Source: Cylindrospermopsis raciborskii Cr2010 (lineage in GTDB: Bacteria; Cyanobacteriota; Cyanobacteriia; Cyanobacteriales; Nostocaceae). Taken from it: DNA of 32,000 nucleotides. Both the position numbers and the translations under genes were made by a program. The stretch spans positions 3,660,001 through 3,692,000 of the forward strand of contig NZ_CP065936.1 of assembly GCF_003367075.2 (NCBI RefSeq), read 5' to 3'. The notes below the pieces were generated by a model that made no database searches, had not been told where the DNA came from, and saw nothing but the letters and a program-made list of their open reading frames with translations. Shown here in pieces: positions 1-8,955 of the stretch. How positions within the stretch are numbered: the stretch's first letter is position 1; the number at the start of each line of letters is the position of its first letter.

Positions 1-179
1 TTAAAGGAGGCGGTCAAAAATTGATCTTATTAATTGGTAATTTAATGGCAATTTAGATGAATCTGAATTAAAATTAGACGATGAATTTATTGACTGTGAG
101 TGTGTCCCAAAACTATGTCAGTTACAATACAACTATGGTCCTGGTACTACTTAGTTTTATTAGTTAAGAGGTGTACTAT

Positions 180-821
180 ATGAGTGAGAGTATGGCATTT
201 GTGGGTGGGGTAGCTGTTGCTGGTTTAGCAGCTTTGCTATTGCTGAAAGGAAATAGCACTCCCATACAACAACCCAACTTTAGTATTTCACAATTACCCA
301 ACAATATTGTGCCCTCCCAGGGGATGCAACAGTACCCATCTGGACAGGGGGGATATGGTAACCCCCAACCGGTAGCACCTTTAGACCAGCGATTGGACTT
401 AGAAAAGTTAAAAATTCAAGTAGACAGTTTAAGAGGCGACAACGAGCAGTTACGCTTACAAAATCAACAGCTACAGGGTCAAATTAATGCCTTCAGTTTG
501 AGCCAAAACCAAATGAATTCACTACAACAGCAGCCAACCAGAATGATGCCCACACTGCCTTCTGAAGCGGAAAAATGGTGGAATTCACCCATAATTTGGG
601 CAGTAGGTGGGGCGACTTTAACAGTAGGAGGTGGTATTGTAGTAGCTGGTGTGTTGTCCTTGTTTTCGCCTAGACAACGTCCCTCTCGCACCGTGCAGGT
701 AATTCACCCTTATCACGGAGTAACAGCACCCCTGGGAACCATGCGACGGGCGGAGTTTTTACCACCCTCTCACGCTGAAAGCAGAAGGGTAGAAACAGCG
801 GAATACGACGAATTACACTAA
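180..821 (+). CDS. hypothetical membrane protein (two predicted TM segments flanking a Gln-rich coiled coil)
   Basis: ORF 171-821. I prefer the ATG at 180, 9 nt downstream of AAGAGG (165-170). Hydrophobic FVGGVAVAGLAALLLL near the N-terminus, Q/L-rich heptad-like LRGDNEQLRLQNQQLQGQ, second hydrophobic stretch IIWAVGGATLTVGGGIVVAGVLSLF. No family recognised. Confidence 0.55.
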   Translation: MSESMAFVGGVAVAGLAALLLLKGNSTPIQQPNFSISQLPNNIVPSQGMQQYPSGQGGYGNPQPVAPLDQRLDLEKLKIQVDSLRGDNEQLRLQNQQLQGQINAFSLSQNQMNSLQQQPTRMMPTLPSEAEKWWNSPIIWAVGGATLTVGGGIVVAGVLSLFSPRQRPSRTVQVIHPYHGVTAPLGTMRRAEFLPPSHAESRRVETAEYDELH

Positions 822-841
822 GGTGTAACACAGGGTATCTA

Positions 842-2734
842 CTATGGTTTGGTTTTAGAGTTAGTGTCCGGTTGTGAGTTTTGACTTGGTAAAACCTGTT
901 GAGCAACCTTTTGAGCTGCTTGTTTAAACAATGGTTCCAGTTTATCTTGCCAGTATTTAATATTAGGTAACTTTTCTGGTTGGTTGCGATAGGCCAAGAC
1001 CTTTTCCCATTGTCCACTATCAATAGCGCGATTAATTTCATTAGCCAAAGTCTCAGCTTTGGCCCAGTCTTGTTGCCATTGGTCAATTATCTTCACTTGT
1101 TGACTATTAGAAGTAGTTTTTTGGGGAGCGGATTTCAGTTGAGCTATTGCTCCATTCACATCCCCTGACTGGAATTTTTGTCGAGCTTGTAGAACGATTG
1201 GATCTTGAGACTCTGTATCAGCAGATTGAGACAAGAATGGGGATGGAGAGGTAGTAGTAGATAACTGAGGTTTAGGCACCAATCGAGATGTGATTAGAGG
1301 TAAATCATCAACGATTTGAAGAGAAATACCCTGGTCTCGCAGACAAGAGACCCATTGGTCATTGTTAGTAATCACATCCGAATGAGCCCAAGCCAAACGA
1401 CCAGATTTAAGTTTAACTTCTATCCAACCACGCTTAGTTCTTTTTCCAGTAACTATAAACTCACTAGGATCACCAATACTCTTTAAAATATTATCAGAAC
1501 CAATGGCGCTAGGTTGGGAGCGCACATTAGAATTGGGTGCTACCATAGCCAAGCAATTTTCTGTGCCATTCTTATCCTTCCAATTAGCAGTCAAAGTTTG
1601 AATGTTGGGATATAAATTGGTTACTAAAGCTGCTGCACCACCGACCAAAAATAAACCAATTACCAGTGGTAAGGGATCTGGTTTTTGTTCCTGCTTAGGA
1701 GCAGATACTAGGGGAGGAGTATGAACAGGTGCCAAAGCTAAGGTAGGTTGTGGGAACAATGAAACAGATTGATCATAGGTTTTTATGGGTGATTTTTTTC
1801 CACTGGGTGTAGTGGGTGTGGGAGATAGGGAGTAACCGCAGGATTTAGCATATTCTTTTATAAACTCTCGACAAACTTCTAATGCTTCTGTTGCCGTTTG
1901 ATAACGTTCCTTGAAGTGATAACGCACCATCTTAGTGAGAATTTCTCCCAAATGGGAATTGACAGGTCGAAAATGTTGCCAGAGAATTTCACCAGTATCG
2001 GGATCCTCTGGGAACTGATTAGCAGCTATTCCTGTTAAAGCTTGAATAGCAATGATACCCAAAGCATAAATATCACTACTTGGGCGAGGTTTACCCTGTC
2101 CTTGCTCAGTAGGCATATAACCAGGAGTGCCAACAGCTATAGTGGGATTTAAATGATGTTCTGAAAGAGCAGAAGGACAACGTACTTGTTTAACAGCTCC
2201 AAAATCCACAAGCACCAGTTTGTAATCATCCACACGACGAATCAGATTATCAGGTTTTATATCTCGGTGAATCACCCCCTGTTGATGGACAAACTCCAAA
2301 ACCTCTAAGATTTCCAAGAGCAATTGTATAACTTGGTTTTCACCCCATGGTTGTCCGGGTATAAGTTCCATTGTCAGGGTATGACCATCAATGTATTCCT
2401 GAACCAGGAAAAATTCCTGATTTTCATCAAAATAGGCTAGTAACCGAGGTATTTGATCATGATTACCCAATTTTTCCAAAGTTTCAGCTTCATTATTAAA
2501 CAGACGTTTAGCAGTTGTAAAAATATGCTTGTCATTACTAACCAGTTTTAGATGTTTAACAACACAAATAGGATTACCAGGTCGCCGAGTATCTTGAGCG
2601 ATGTAGGTTTGACTAAATCCCCCAGTTGCTAAAACACGCACAACTTTATATCTATGGTCTAGTAGTTTGCCTATCATGATTTGTTCCCCGGTTCCATACT
2701 TAATCTTGTAATTTTGCCTAGTCAATATCTCCAA
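842..2734 (-). CDS. serine/threonine protein kinase with TM segment and bacterial SH3 domain
   Basis: 630-aa ORF. Hanks kinase motifs: GGFSQTY glycine loop, CVVKHL lysine, HRDIKPDN catalytic loop, DFG, GTPGYMPTEQ. Hydrophobic LPLVIGLFLVGGAAALV. SH3b-like NVRSQPS...GWIEVKLKSGRLAWAHSDVI. Alternative, family-typical start MIGKLLDHRYKV at 2677. Confidence 0.9.
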   Translation of the reverse strand: MEILTRQNYKIKYGTGEQIMIGKLLDHRYKVVRVLATGGFSQTYIAQDTRRPGNPICVVKHLKLVSNDKHIFTTAKRLFNNEAETLEKLGNHDQIPRLLAYFDENQEFFLVQEYIDGHTLTMELIPGQPWGENQVIQLLLEILEVLEFVHQQGVIHRDIKPDNLIRRVDDYKLVLVDFGAVKQVRCPSALSEHHLNPTIAVGTPGYMPTEQGQGKPRPSSDIYALGIIAIQALTGIAANQFPEDPDTGEILWQHFRPVNSHLGEILTKMVRYHFKERYQTATEALEVCREFIKEYAKSCGYSLSPTPTTPSGKKSPIKTYDQSVSLFPQPTLALAPVHTPPLVSAPKQEQKPDPLPLVIGLFLVGGAAALVTNLYPNIQTLTANWKDKNGTENCLAMVAPNSNVRSQPSAIGSDNILKSIGDPSEFIVTGKRTKRGWIEVKLKSGRLAWAHSDVITNNDQWVSCLRDQGISLQIVDDLPLITSRLVPKPQLSTTTSPSPFLSQSADTESQDPIVLQARQKFQSGDVNGAIAQLKSAPQKTTSNSQQVKIIDQWQQDWAKAETLANEINRAIDSGQWEKVLAYRNQPEKLPNIKYWQDKLEPLFKQAAQKVAQQVLPSQNSQPDTNSKTKP

Positions 2735-2855
2735 ATTTTCTGTCCTAATATCCGCTATGTTGAGAAAAGATTTAGACTAAAGTGGCAGTTTTTTTGATTA
2801 ACCTGAAAAATTGTCAATGAGTAAGTCCTAGTTTTTTTAATTATTTTTAAAAAAA

Positions 2856-3347
2856 ATGCCACCTAATATCCCCAATTCTACCATATGGCAACAAGCAGAA
2901 ATTCTCATGCAACCAGCTTTTATCCGCATTATTGATAATATTCGTAAACATCTGGATATATCCAAGTGGAGAGGAAGTTACCACGACGTACTGATTTGGC
3001 CAGCGGGTACAACGGATGAAACTAAATCTATTGTGATCCAGTTATTGGAGGATTCAAAAAACGCCACAGCGGAAGATTTGCTAGCTATTAAGCAAAAACT
3101 GGCTCTTTTACCCATCCCCCATCCGGGATATCATTTGCGCTTGCAATATCAAGAACAGGTGGTGAATATGGATTTATGGGATTTATGTTATCAGGTTTGT
3201 TTTGTGGACTATAGTCCTGAAAATGTCCCAGTTGACATTGATACTAATTTATTAGATGAGTTTGGGGAGGTAGATTGGCAATATTTAGAGAGCAAGACCA
3301 AGGGGTTAGTGCAAAGAATTTTTGATAACCTCATAGACAGGGAATAA
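2856..3347 (+). CDS. conserved hypothetical protein
   Basis: 163-aa ORF with ATG after an A/T-rich tract and no competing ORF. No motif recognised. Its last codons plus stop (GAC AGG GAA TAA, 3336-3347) are repeated at every unit junction of the downstream gene array. Confidence 0.55.
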   Translation: MPPNIPNSTIWQQAEILMQPAFIRIIDNIRKHLDISKWRGSYHDVLIWPAGTTDETKSIVIQLLEDSKNATAEDLLAIKQKLALLPIPHPGYHLRLQYQEQVVNMDLWDLCYQVCFVDYSPENVPVDIDTNLLDEFGEVDWQYLESKTKGLVQRIFDNLIDRE

Positions 3348-3396
3348 ACTGCCTTAACCGACTGGCTCTGTCGCGGGTGATTACATTTATCTTAAT

Positions 3397-4947
3397 TTAT
3401 TCCCAATCCGCTTGAATGAGGTTACGTTTGCTGCGACTAAAAACCAGTCCCACTTCATGGACTGTTTTCCCCGGTTCTCCTCTATACTTTTGTGCATAGT
3501 TACATTCCCGTATCTGTTTTAAGGCTCGGTTCTCTTTCACATTCTCCCCATCTACTACCTTGATTTCCATCACGTAAATATGATCACCCAGGATGGCAGT
3601 TATGTCCGCTTGACCATAGTTGGTGATATCTTCCGGGATGATGCGCGCATTTAAGGAACTCAAGAAAGCATATAGTACAGAAGCGTAGTAACCTTCAAAA
3701 TCAGCTAGGTCATTGTTGGTAAAGTTACGCCAAGGAATACCCGCAAATAGACGCTTTATCGCCTTCACTATTGATTCCAAATCCCCATTCCACATACACT
3801 CATAAAGGATATCTTGAATAGCGCTCTTTTCATTCACCATTCCTGTGTATACGTTGATGAACTGGTCGTTTAATGTCAGGCGAACTTCCATGTTAGGTAT
3901 TTTTAGGGCAAACATGGAACGTCGGTGACGGGTAAAGGTGCGCTCAATGGTCAAATACCCTGATTGGAACAGCAGGGTAACTGGATTGATTTGTTCTATC
4001 TCAAAGGACTTTAAAATCTCCTCAGTTACTTCTAGATGCTCCAAGTTGGGGAGGAAGTAGCGGTTAGTCTGAAACAGCCTAATTAAAAAGGTGGGGTTCC
4101 CCGTTTCAAACCAGTAGTTACCATACTCCATTCCCTCACGGATAAAAAGTAAGATATCATAAGGGTTATATACTGACTCACCACGCCATGAGTATCCATT
4201 ATACCAGAGACGCAGTTCATCCCAGTCCACCCCTTGCAAGTGCTGGGCGAAGGTTTGCTCCAAATCTTCCTGGGTATACCCACAAATAGTAGAAAAGTCC
4301 CTACTGATGGTAATGTCGGTGAGTTGATTTAACCCACTGAAAAGGCTGACTTTAGAGAATTTGGTGACCCCAGTCATGAAGATGAACTGGATGTTGGCAT
4401 CCTGTTGCTTGAGGACTGAGTATAGATTCTTGAGTCCTTCCCTCATTTCCGAAGCAATAGGTGGATTGTCTATATTGTCCAGGATGGGTTTGTCGTATTC
4501 ATCCACCAGCACCACAGCACGTTGTCCATATTTTGCCATGGCTTTACGAATCAAAGTTCCTAATTTTCCCGGTATATCAGTTGACTCATAGGATACACCC
4601 AGATGCTCTGCATTTTCGTGCAAGATATCCAGTATGCGCATATCCAGCTCTTGTCGGTTTTTTAATACCCCACCAGCAAAGTCTATTTTAATCACTGGGA
4701 ATTTTCTACTCCAGTCCCACTGGTCATGGATATAAAGCCCCTCAAATAATTTCTGATTCCCCTCGAAAATCTCCTTGAGGGTATCTACAAACAGACTTTT
4801 GCCAAAACGCCTGGGACGAGACAAAAAGAAAGCTCCAGGCTGTTTTATCAACTGGAAGGCAAGCTGTGTTTTGTCCACATAAACGCAGTTGCTCCCGCGT
4901 AGTTTATCTAGGGTGTTGATCCCCAGGGGAAGATTTTTGGGGTTCAT
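3397..4947 (-). CDS. AAA-ATPase-like P-loop protein with C-terminal PD-(D/E)XK nuclease domain (array 1, copy 1; blocks N1 + a)
   Basis: 516-aa intact ORF. Walker A-like SRPRRFGKS, Walker B VVLVDEYD, C-terminal D...E.K motif (QADITAILGDHIYVMEIKV). The architecture matches what I remember as the AAA-ATPase_like + PDDEXK_9 family. Confidence 0.85.
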   Translation of the reverse strand: MNPKNLPLGINTLDKLRGSNCVYVDKTQLAFQLIKQPGAFFLSRPRRFGKSLFVDTLKEIFEGNQKLFEGLYIHDQWDWSRKFPVIKIDFAGGVLKNRQELDMRILDILHENAEHLGVSYESTDIPGKLGTLIRKAMAKYGQRAVVLVDEYDKPILDNIDNPPIASEMREGLKNLYSVLKQQDANIQFIFMTGVTKFSKVSLFSGLNQLTDITISRDFSTICGYTQEDLEQTFAQHLQGVDWDELRLWYNGYSWRGESVYNPYDILLFIREGMEYGNYWFETGNPTFLIRLFQTNRYFLPNLEHLEVTEEILKSFEIEQINPVTLLFQSGYLTIERTFTRHRRSMFALKIPNMEVRLTLNDQFINVYTGMVNEKSAIQDILYECMWNGDLESIVKAIKRLFAGIPWRNFTNNDLADFEGYYASVLYAFLSSLNARIIPEDITNYGQADITAILGDHIYVMEIKVVDGENVKENRALKQIRECNYAQKYRGEPGKTVHEVGLVFSRSKRNLIQADWE

Positions 4948-4968
4948 ACTAATGGATATGTGCTTATT

Positions 4969-4997
4969 ATCTTAATCCCAGTTTATCTCTAATTCAA
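4969..4997 (-). promoter_or_regulatory. candidate sigma70-type promoter of copy 1 (TTGAAT-N17-TAAGAT)
   Basis: Minus strand: TTGAAT (4997-4992), 17-nt spacer, TAAGAT (4974-4969), 21 nt upstream of the ATG. Conserved upstream of copies 2 and 3. Confidence 0.35.
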
Positions 4998-5038
4998 TCA
5001 CCGGGTTTATTTATGTGAATTTATTTTAAATTAAAAGG

Positions 5039-5105
5039 GCGATTGCAAAGGATTACCCGTGATTTGGTTGAATTAACCCAAACCTAGAGACTGTCCGTGG
5101 GGGAG
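5039..5105. repeat. half unit (67 bp) of a 134-bp hairpin-rich intergenic element
   Basis: gcgattgcaaaggattacccgtgatttggttgaattaacccaaacctagagactgtccgtgggggag. The same sequence ends the 201-bp versions at 6800-7000 and 8695-8895. Confidence 0.8.
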
Positions 5106-5165
5106 ACAGGGAATAAACTCCCTTAACCGACTGGCTTTATCGCGGGTGATTACATTTATCTTAAT

Positions 5166-6728
5166 TTATTTCCAATCCGCTTGAATGAGGTTACGTTTGC
5201 TGCGACTAAAAACCAGTCCCACTTCATGGACTGTTTTTCCTGGTTCTCCTCTATACTTTTGTGCATAGTTACATTCCCGTATCTGTTTTAAGGCTCGGTT
5301 CTCTTTCACATTCTCCCCATCTACTACCTTGATTTCCATCACGTAAATATGATCACCCAGGATGGCAGTTATGTCCGCTTGACCATAGTTGGTGATATCT
5401 TCCGGGATAATGCGCGCATTTAAGGAACTCAAAAAAGCATATAGTACAGAAGCGTAGTAACCTTCAAAATCAGCTAGGTCATTGTTGGTAAAGTTACGCC
5501 AAGGAATACCCGCAAATAGACGCTTTATCGCCTTCACTATTGATTCCAAATCCCCATTCCACATACACTCATAAAGGATATCTTGAATAGCGCTCTTTTC
5601 ATTCACCATTCCTGTGTATACGTTGATGAACTGGTCGTTTAATGTCAGGCGAACTTCCATGTTAGGTATTTTTAGGGCAAACATGGAACGTCGGTGACGG
5701 GTAAAGGTGCGCTCAATGGTCAAATACCCTGATTGGAACAGCAGGGTAACTGGATTGATTTGTTCTATCTCAAAGGACTTTAAAATCTCCTCAGTTACTT
5801 CTAGATGCTCCAAGTTGGGGAGGAAGTAGCGGTTAGTCTGAAACAGCCTAATTAAAAAGGTGGGGTTCCCCGTTTCAAACCAGTAGTTACCATACTCCAT
5901 TCCCTCACGGATAAAAAGTAAGATATCATAAGGGTTATATACTGACTCACCACGCCATGAGTATCCATTATACCAGAGACGCAGTTCATCCCAGTCCACC
6001 CCTTGCAAGTGCTGGGCGAAGGTTTGCTCCAAATCTTCCTGGGTATACCCACAAATAGTAGAAAAGTCCCTACTGATGGTAATGTCGGTGAGTTGATTTA
6101 ACCCACTGAAAAGGCTGACTTTAGAGAATTTGGTGACCCCAGTCATGAAGATGAACTGGATGTTGGCATCCTGTTGCTTGAGGACTGAGTATAGATTCTT
6201 GAGTCCTTCCCTCATTTCCGAAGCAATAGGTGGATTGTCTATATTGTCCAGGATGGGTTTGTCGTATTCATCCACCAGCACCACAGCACGTTGTCCATAT
6301 TTTGCCATGGCTTTACGAATCAAAGTTCCTAATTTTCCCGGTATATCAGTTGACTCATAGGATACACCCAGATGCTCTGCATTTTCGTGCAAGATATCCA
6401 GTATGCGCATATCCAGCTCTTGTCGGTTTTTTAATACCCCACCAGCAAAGTCTATTTTAATCACTGGGAATTTTCTACTCCAGTCCCACTGGTCATGGAT
6501 ATAAAGCCCCTCAAATAATTTCTGATTCCCCTCGAAAATCTCCTTGAGGGTATCTACAAACAGACTTTTGCCAAAACGCCTGGGACGAGACAAAAAGAAG
6601 CGTCCAGGAATGCGTATCAGACGGTGAGCTATTTCGGTTTTGTCCACATAGACGCAATTGTTTTCCCGCAGCACACTTAGGGTGTTGATTCCCAAGGGGA
6701 GATTTTTGGGGTTCATACTAATGCTCAT
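5166..6728 (-). CDS. AAA-ATPase-like/PD-(D/E)XK protein (array 1, copy 2; blocks N2 + a)
   Basis: 520-aa intact ORF with the same motifs as copy 1. From residue ~45 on, the only protein difference from copy 1 is the last residue (K vs E). Possible shorter start MNPKN at 6716. Confidence 0.85.
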   Translation of the reverse strand: MSISMNPKNLPLGINTLSVLRENNCVYVDKTEIAHRLIRIPGRFFLSRPRRFGKSLFVDTLKEIFEGNQKLFEGLYIHDQWDWSRKFPVIKIDFAGGVLKNRQELDMRILDILHENAEHLGVSYESTDIPGKLGTLIRKAMAKYGQRAVVLVDEYDKPILDNIDNPPIASEMREGLKNLYSVLKQQDANIQFIFMTGVTKFSKVSLFSGLNQLTDITISRDFSTICGYTQEDLEQTFAQHLQGVDWDELRLWYNGYSWRGESVYNPYDILLFIREGMEYGNYWFETGNPTFLIRLFQTNRYFLPNLEHLEVTEEILKSFEIEQINPVTLLFQSGYLTIERTFTRHRRSMFALKIPNMEVRLTLNDQFINVYTGMVNEKSAIQDILYECMWNGDLESIVKAIKRLFAGIPWRNFTNNDLADFEGYYASVLYAFLSSLNARIIPEDITNYGQADITAILGDHIYVMEIKVVDGENVKENRALKQIRECNYAQKYRGEPGKTVHEVGLVFSRSKRNLIQADWK

Positions 6729-6729
6729 T

Positions 6730-6758
6730 ATCTTAGCTCTAGTTTATCTCTAATTCAA
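6730..6758 (-). promoter_or_regulatory. candidate promoter of copy 2 (TTGAAT-N17-TAAGAT)
   Basis: Minus strand: TTGAAT 6758-6753, 17-nt spacer, TAAGAT 6735-6730. The -10 ends 1 nt before the first ATG (6728), so a transcript would probably start inside ATGAGCATTAGT and use the MNPKN ATG nearly leaderless. Confidence 0.3.
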
Positions 6759-6799
6759 TCACCAGGGTTATTTATATGAATTTATTTTAAATTAAAAGG

Positions 6800-7000
6800 G
6801 CGATTGGGAAGCACTACTTATGGGATTAACCATAATTGTTTGAATTAACCCATACCTAGAGACTGTCCGTGGGGGAGTTTCGTAGGTTGGGTTGAGGAAC
6901 GAAACCCAACAAACCCACGGGATACATATAAACGCGATTGCAAAGGATTACCCGTGATTTGGTTGAATTAACCCAAACCTGGAGACTGTCCGTGGGGGAG
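6800..7000. repeat. 1.5 units (134 + 67 bp) of the hairpin-rich intergenic element
   Basis: gcgattg recurs at 6800 and 6934. Contains cgtaggttgggttgaggaacgaaacccaac (GTTGGGTT/AACCCAAC hairpin) at 6881-6910. This extra 134-bp unit is the main source of the longer period of units 2 and 3. Confidence 0.85.
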
Positions 7001-7060
7001 ACAGGGAATAAACTCCCTTAACCGACTGGCTTTATCGCGGGTGATTACATTTATCTTAAT

Positions 7061-8623
7061 TTATTTCCAATCCGCTTGAATGAGGTTACGTTTGCTGCGA
7101 CTAAAAACCAGTCCCACTTCATGGACTGTTTTTCCTGGTTCTCCTCTATACTTTTGTGCATAGTTACATTCCCGTATCTGTTTTAAGGCTCGGTTCTCTT
7201 TCACATTCTCCCCATCTACTACCTTGATTTCCATCACGTAAATATGATCACCCAGGATGGCAGTTATGTCCGCTTGACCATAGTTGGTGATATCTTCCGG
7301 GATAATGCGCGCATTTAAGGAACTCAAAAAAGCATATAGTACAGAAGCGTAGTAACCTTCAAAATCAGCTAGGTCATTGTTGGTAAAGTTACGCCAAGGA
7401 ATACCCGCAAATAGACGCTTTATCGCCTTCACTATTGATTCCAAATCCCCATTCCACATACACTCATAAAGGATATCTTGAATAGCGCTCTTTTCATTCA
7501 CCATTCCTGTGTATACGTTGATGAACTGGTCGTTTAATGTCAGGCGAACTTCCATGTTAGGTATTTTTAGGGCAAACATGGAACGTCGGTGACGGGTAAA
7601 GGTGCGCTCAATGGTCAAATACCCTGATTGGAACAGCAGGGTAACTGGATTGATTTGTTCTATCTCAAAGGACTTTAAAATCTCCTCAGTTACTTCTAGA
7701 TGCTCCAGGTTGGGGAGGAAGTAGCAGTTAGTCTGAAACAGCTTAATTAAAAAGGTGGGGTTCCCCGTTTCAAACCAGTAGTTGCCATACTCCATTCCCT
7801 CACGGATAAAAAGTAAGATATCATAAGGGTTATATACTGACTCACCACGCCATGAGTACCCATTATACCAGAGACGCAGTTCATCCCAGTCTACCCCTTG
7901 CAAGTGCTGGGCGAAGGTTTGCTCCAAATCTTCCTGGGTATACCCACAAATAGTAGAAAAGTCCCTACTGATGGTAATGTCGGTGAGTTGATTTAACCCA
8001 CTGAAAAGGCTGACTTTAGAGAATTTGGTGACCCCAGTCATGAAGATGAACTGGATGTTGGCATCCTGTTCCTTGAGGACTGAGTATAAATTCTTGAGCC
8101 CCTCTCTCATTTCCGAAGCAATAGGTGGATTGTCTATATTGTCCAGGATGGGTTTGTCGTATTCATCCACCAGCACCACGGTTCGTTCTCCAAATCGTTG
8201 GCATGCACCCGCAATGATTTCTCCGAAACGACCTTGAATATCCTCTAGTTCATAGTCCACTCCCAGGGATTGGGCAGTTTTTAAAAAAATACCATTAATT
8301 TTTTGGTCCAGCTCTTGTCGGTTTTTTAATACCCCACCAGCAAAGTCTATTTTAATCACTGGGAATTTTCTACTCCAGTCCCATTGGTCATGGATATAAA
8401 GCCCCTCAAATAATTTCTGATTCCCCTCGAAAATCTCCTTGAGGGTATCTACAAACAGACTTTTGCCAAAACGCCTGGGACGAGACAAAAAGAAGCGTCC
8501 AGGAATGCGTATCAGACGGTGAGCTATTTCGGTTTTGTCCACATAGACGCAATTGTTTTCCCGCAGCACACTTAGGGTGTTGATTCCCAAGGGGAGATTT
8601 TTGGGGTTCATACTAATGCTCAT
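7061..8623 (-). CDS. AAA-ATPase-like/PD-(D/E)XK protein (array 1, copy 3; blocks N2 + b)
   Basis: 520-aa intact ORF. Divergent central block QKINGIFLKTAQSLGVDYELEDIQGRFGEIIAGACQRFGERTVV between Walker A and Walker B. Rest near-identical to copies 1 and 2. Confidence 0.85.
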   Translation of the reverse strand: MSISMNPKNLPLGINTLSVLRENNCVYVDKTEIAHRLIRIPGRFFLSRPRRFGKSLFVDTLKEIFEGNQKLFEGLYIHDQWDWSRKFPVIKIDFAGGVLKNRQELDQKINGIFLKTAQSLGVDYELEDIQGRFGEIIAGACQRFGERTVVLVDEYDKPILDNIDNPPIASEMREGLKNLYSVLKEQDANIQFIFMTGVTKFSKVSLFSGLNQLTDITISRDFSTICGYTQEDLEQTFAQHLQGVDWDELRLWYNGYSWRGESVYNPYDILLFIREGMEYGNYWFETGNPTFLIKLFQTNCYFLPNLEHLEVTEEILKSFEIEQINPVTLLFQSGYLTIERTFTRHRRSMFALKIPNMEVRLTLNDQFINVYTGMVNEKSAIQDILYECMWNGDLESIVKAIKRLFAGIPWRNFTNNDLADFEGYYASVLYAFLSSLNARIIPEDITNYGQADITAILGDHIYVMEIKVVDGENVKENRALKQIRECNYAQKYRGEPGKTVHEVGLVFSRSKRNLIQADWK

Positions 8624-8624
8624 T

Positions 8625-8653
8625 ATCTTAGCTCTAGTTTATCTCTAATTCAA
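8625..8653 (-). promoter_or_regulatory. candidate promoter of copy 3 (TTGAAT-N17-TAAGAT)
   Basis: Minus strand: TTGAAT 8653-8648, 17-nt spacer, TAAGAT 8630-8625. Same geometry as copy 2. Confidence 0.3.
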
Positions 8654-8694
8654 TCACCAGGGTTATTTATATGAATTTATTTTAAATTAAAAGG

Positions 8695-8895
8695 GCGATT
8701 GGGAAGCACTACTTATGGGATTAACTATAATTGTTTGAATTAACCCATACCTAGAGACTGTCCGTGGGGGAGTTTCGTAGGTTGGGTTGAGGAACGAAAC
8801 CCAACAAACCCACGGGATACATATAAACGCGATTGCAAAGGATTACCCGTGATTTGGTTGAATTAATCCAAACCTGGAGACTGTCCGTGGGGGAG
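8695..8895. repeat. 1.5 units of the hairpin-rich intergenic element
   Basis: Near-identical to 6800-7000, with a few substitutions (e.g. aaccataatt -> aactataatt, gagacaggg -> gagataggg). Confidence 0.85.
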
Positions 8896-8955
8896 ATAGG
8901 GAATAAACTCCCTTAACCGACTGGCTTTATCGCGGGTGATTACATTTATCTTAAT

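Noticed and set aside
479-1168. ORFs 479-691(-), 670-1086(-) and 980-1168(+)
   Set aside because: They overlap the better-supported membrane-protein gene or the Ser/Thr kinase gene in other frames or on the other strand, and show no recognisable features.
4083-8237. Repeated 66-76-aa ORFs inside array 1 (4083-4283, 4361-4591, 4461-4691 and their duplicates at 5852-6052, 6130-6360, 6230-6460, 8025-8237)
   Set aside because: All lie within the strongly supported ATPase-nuclease genes, either antisense or in an alternative frame. They recur only because the underlying DNA is duplicated. They have no motifs and an odd composition.
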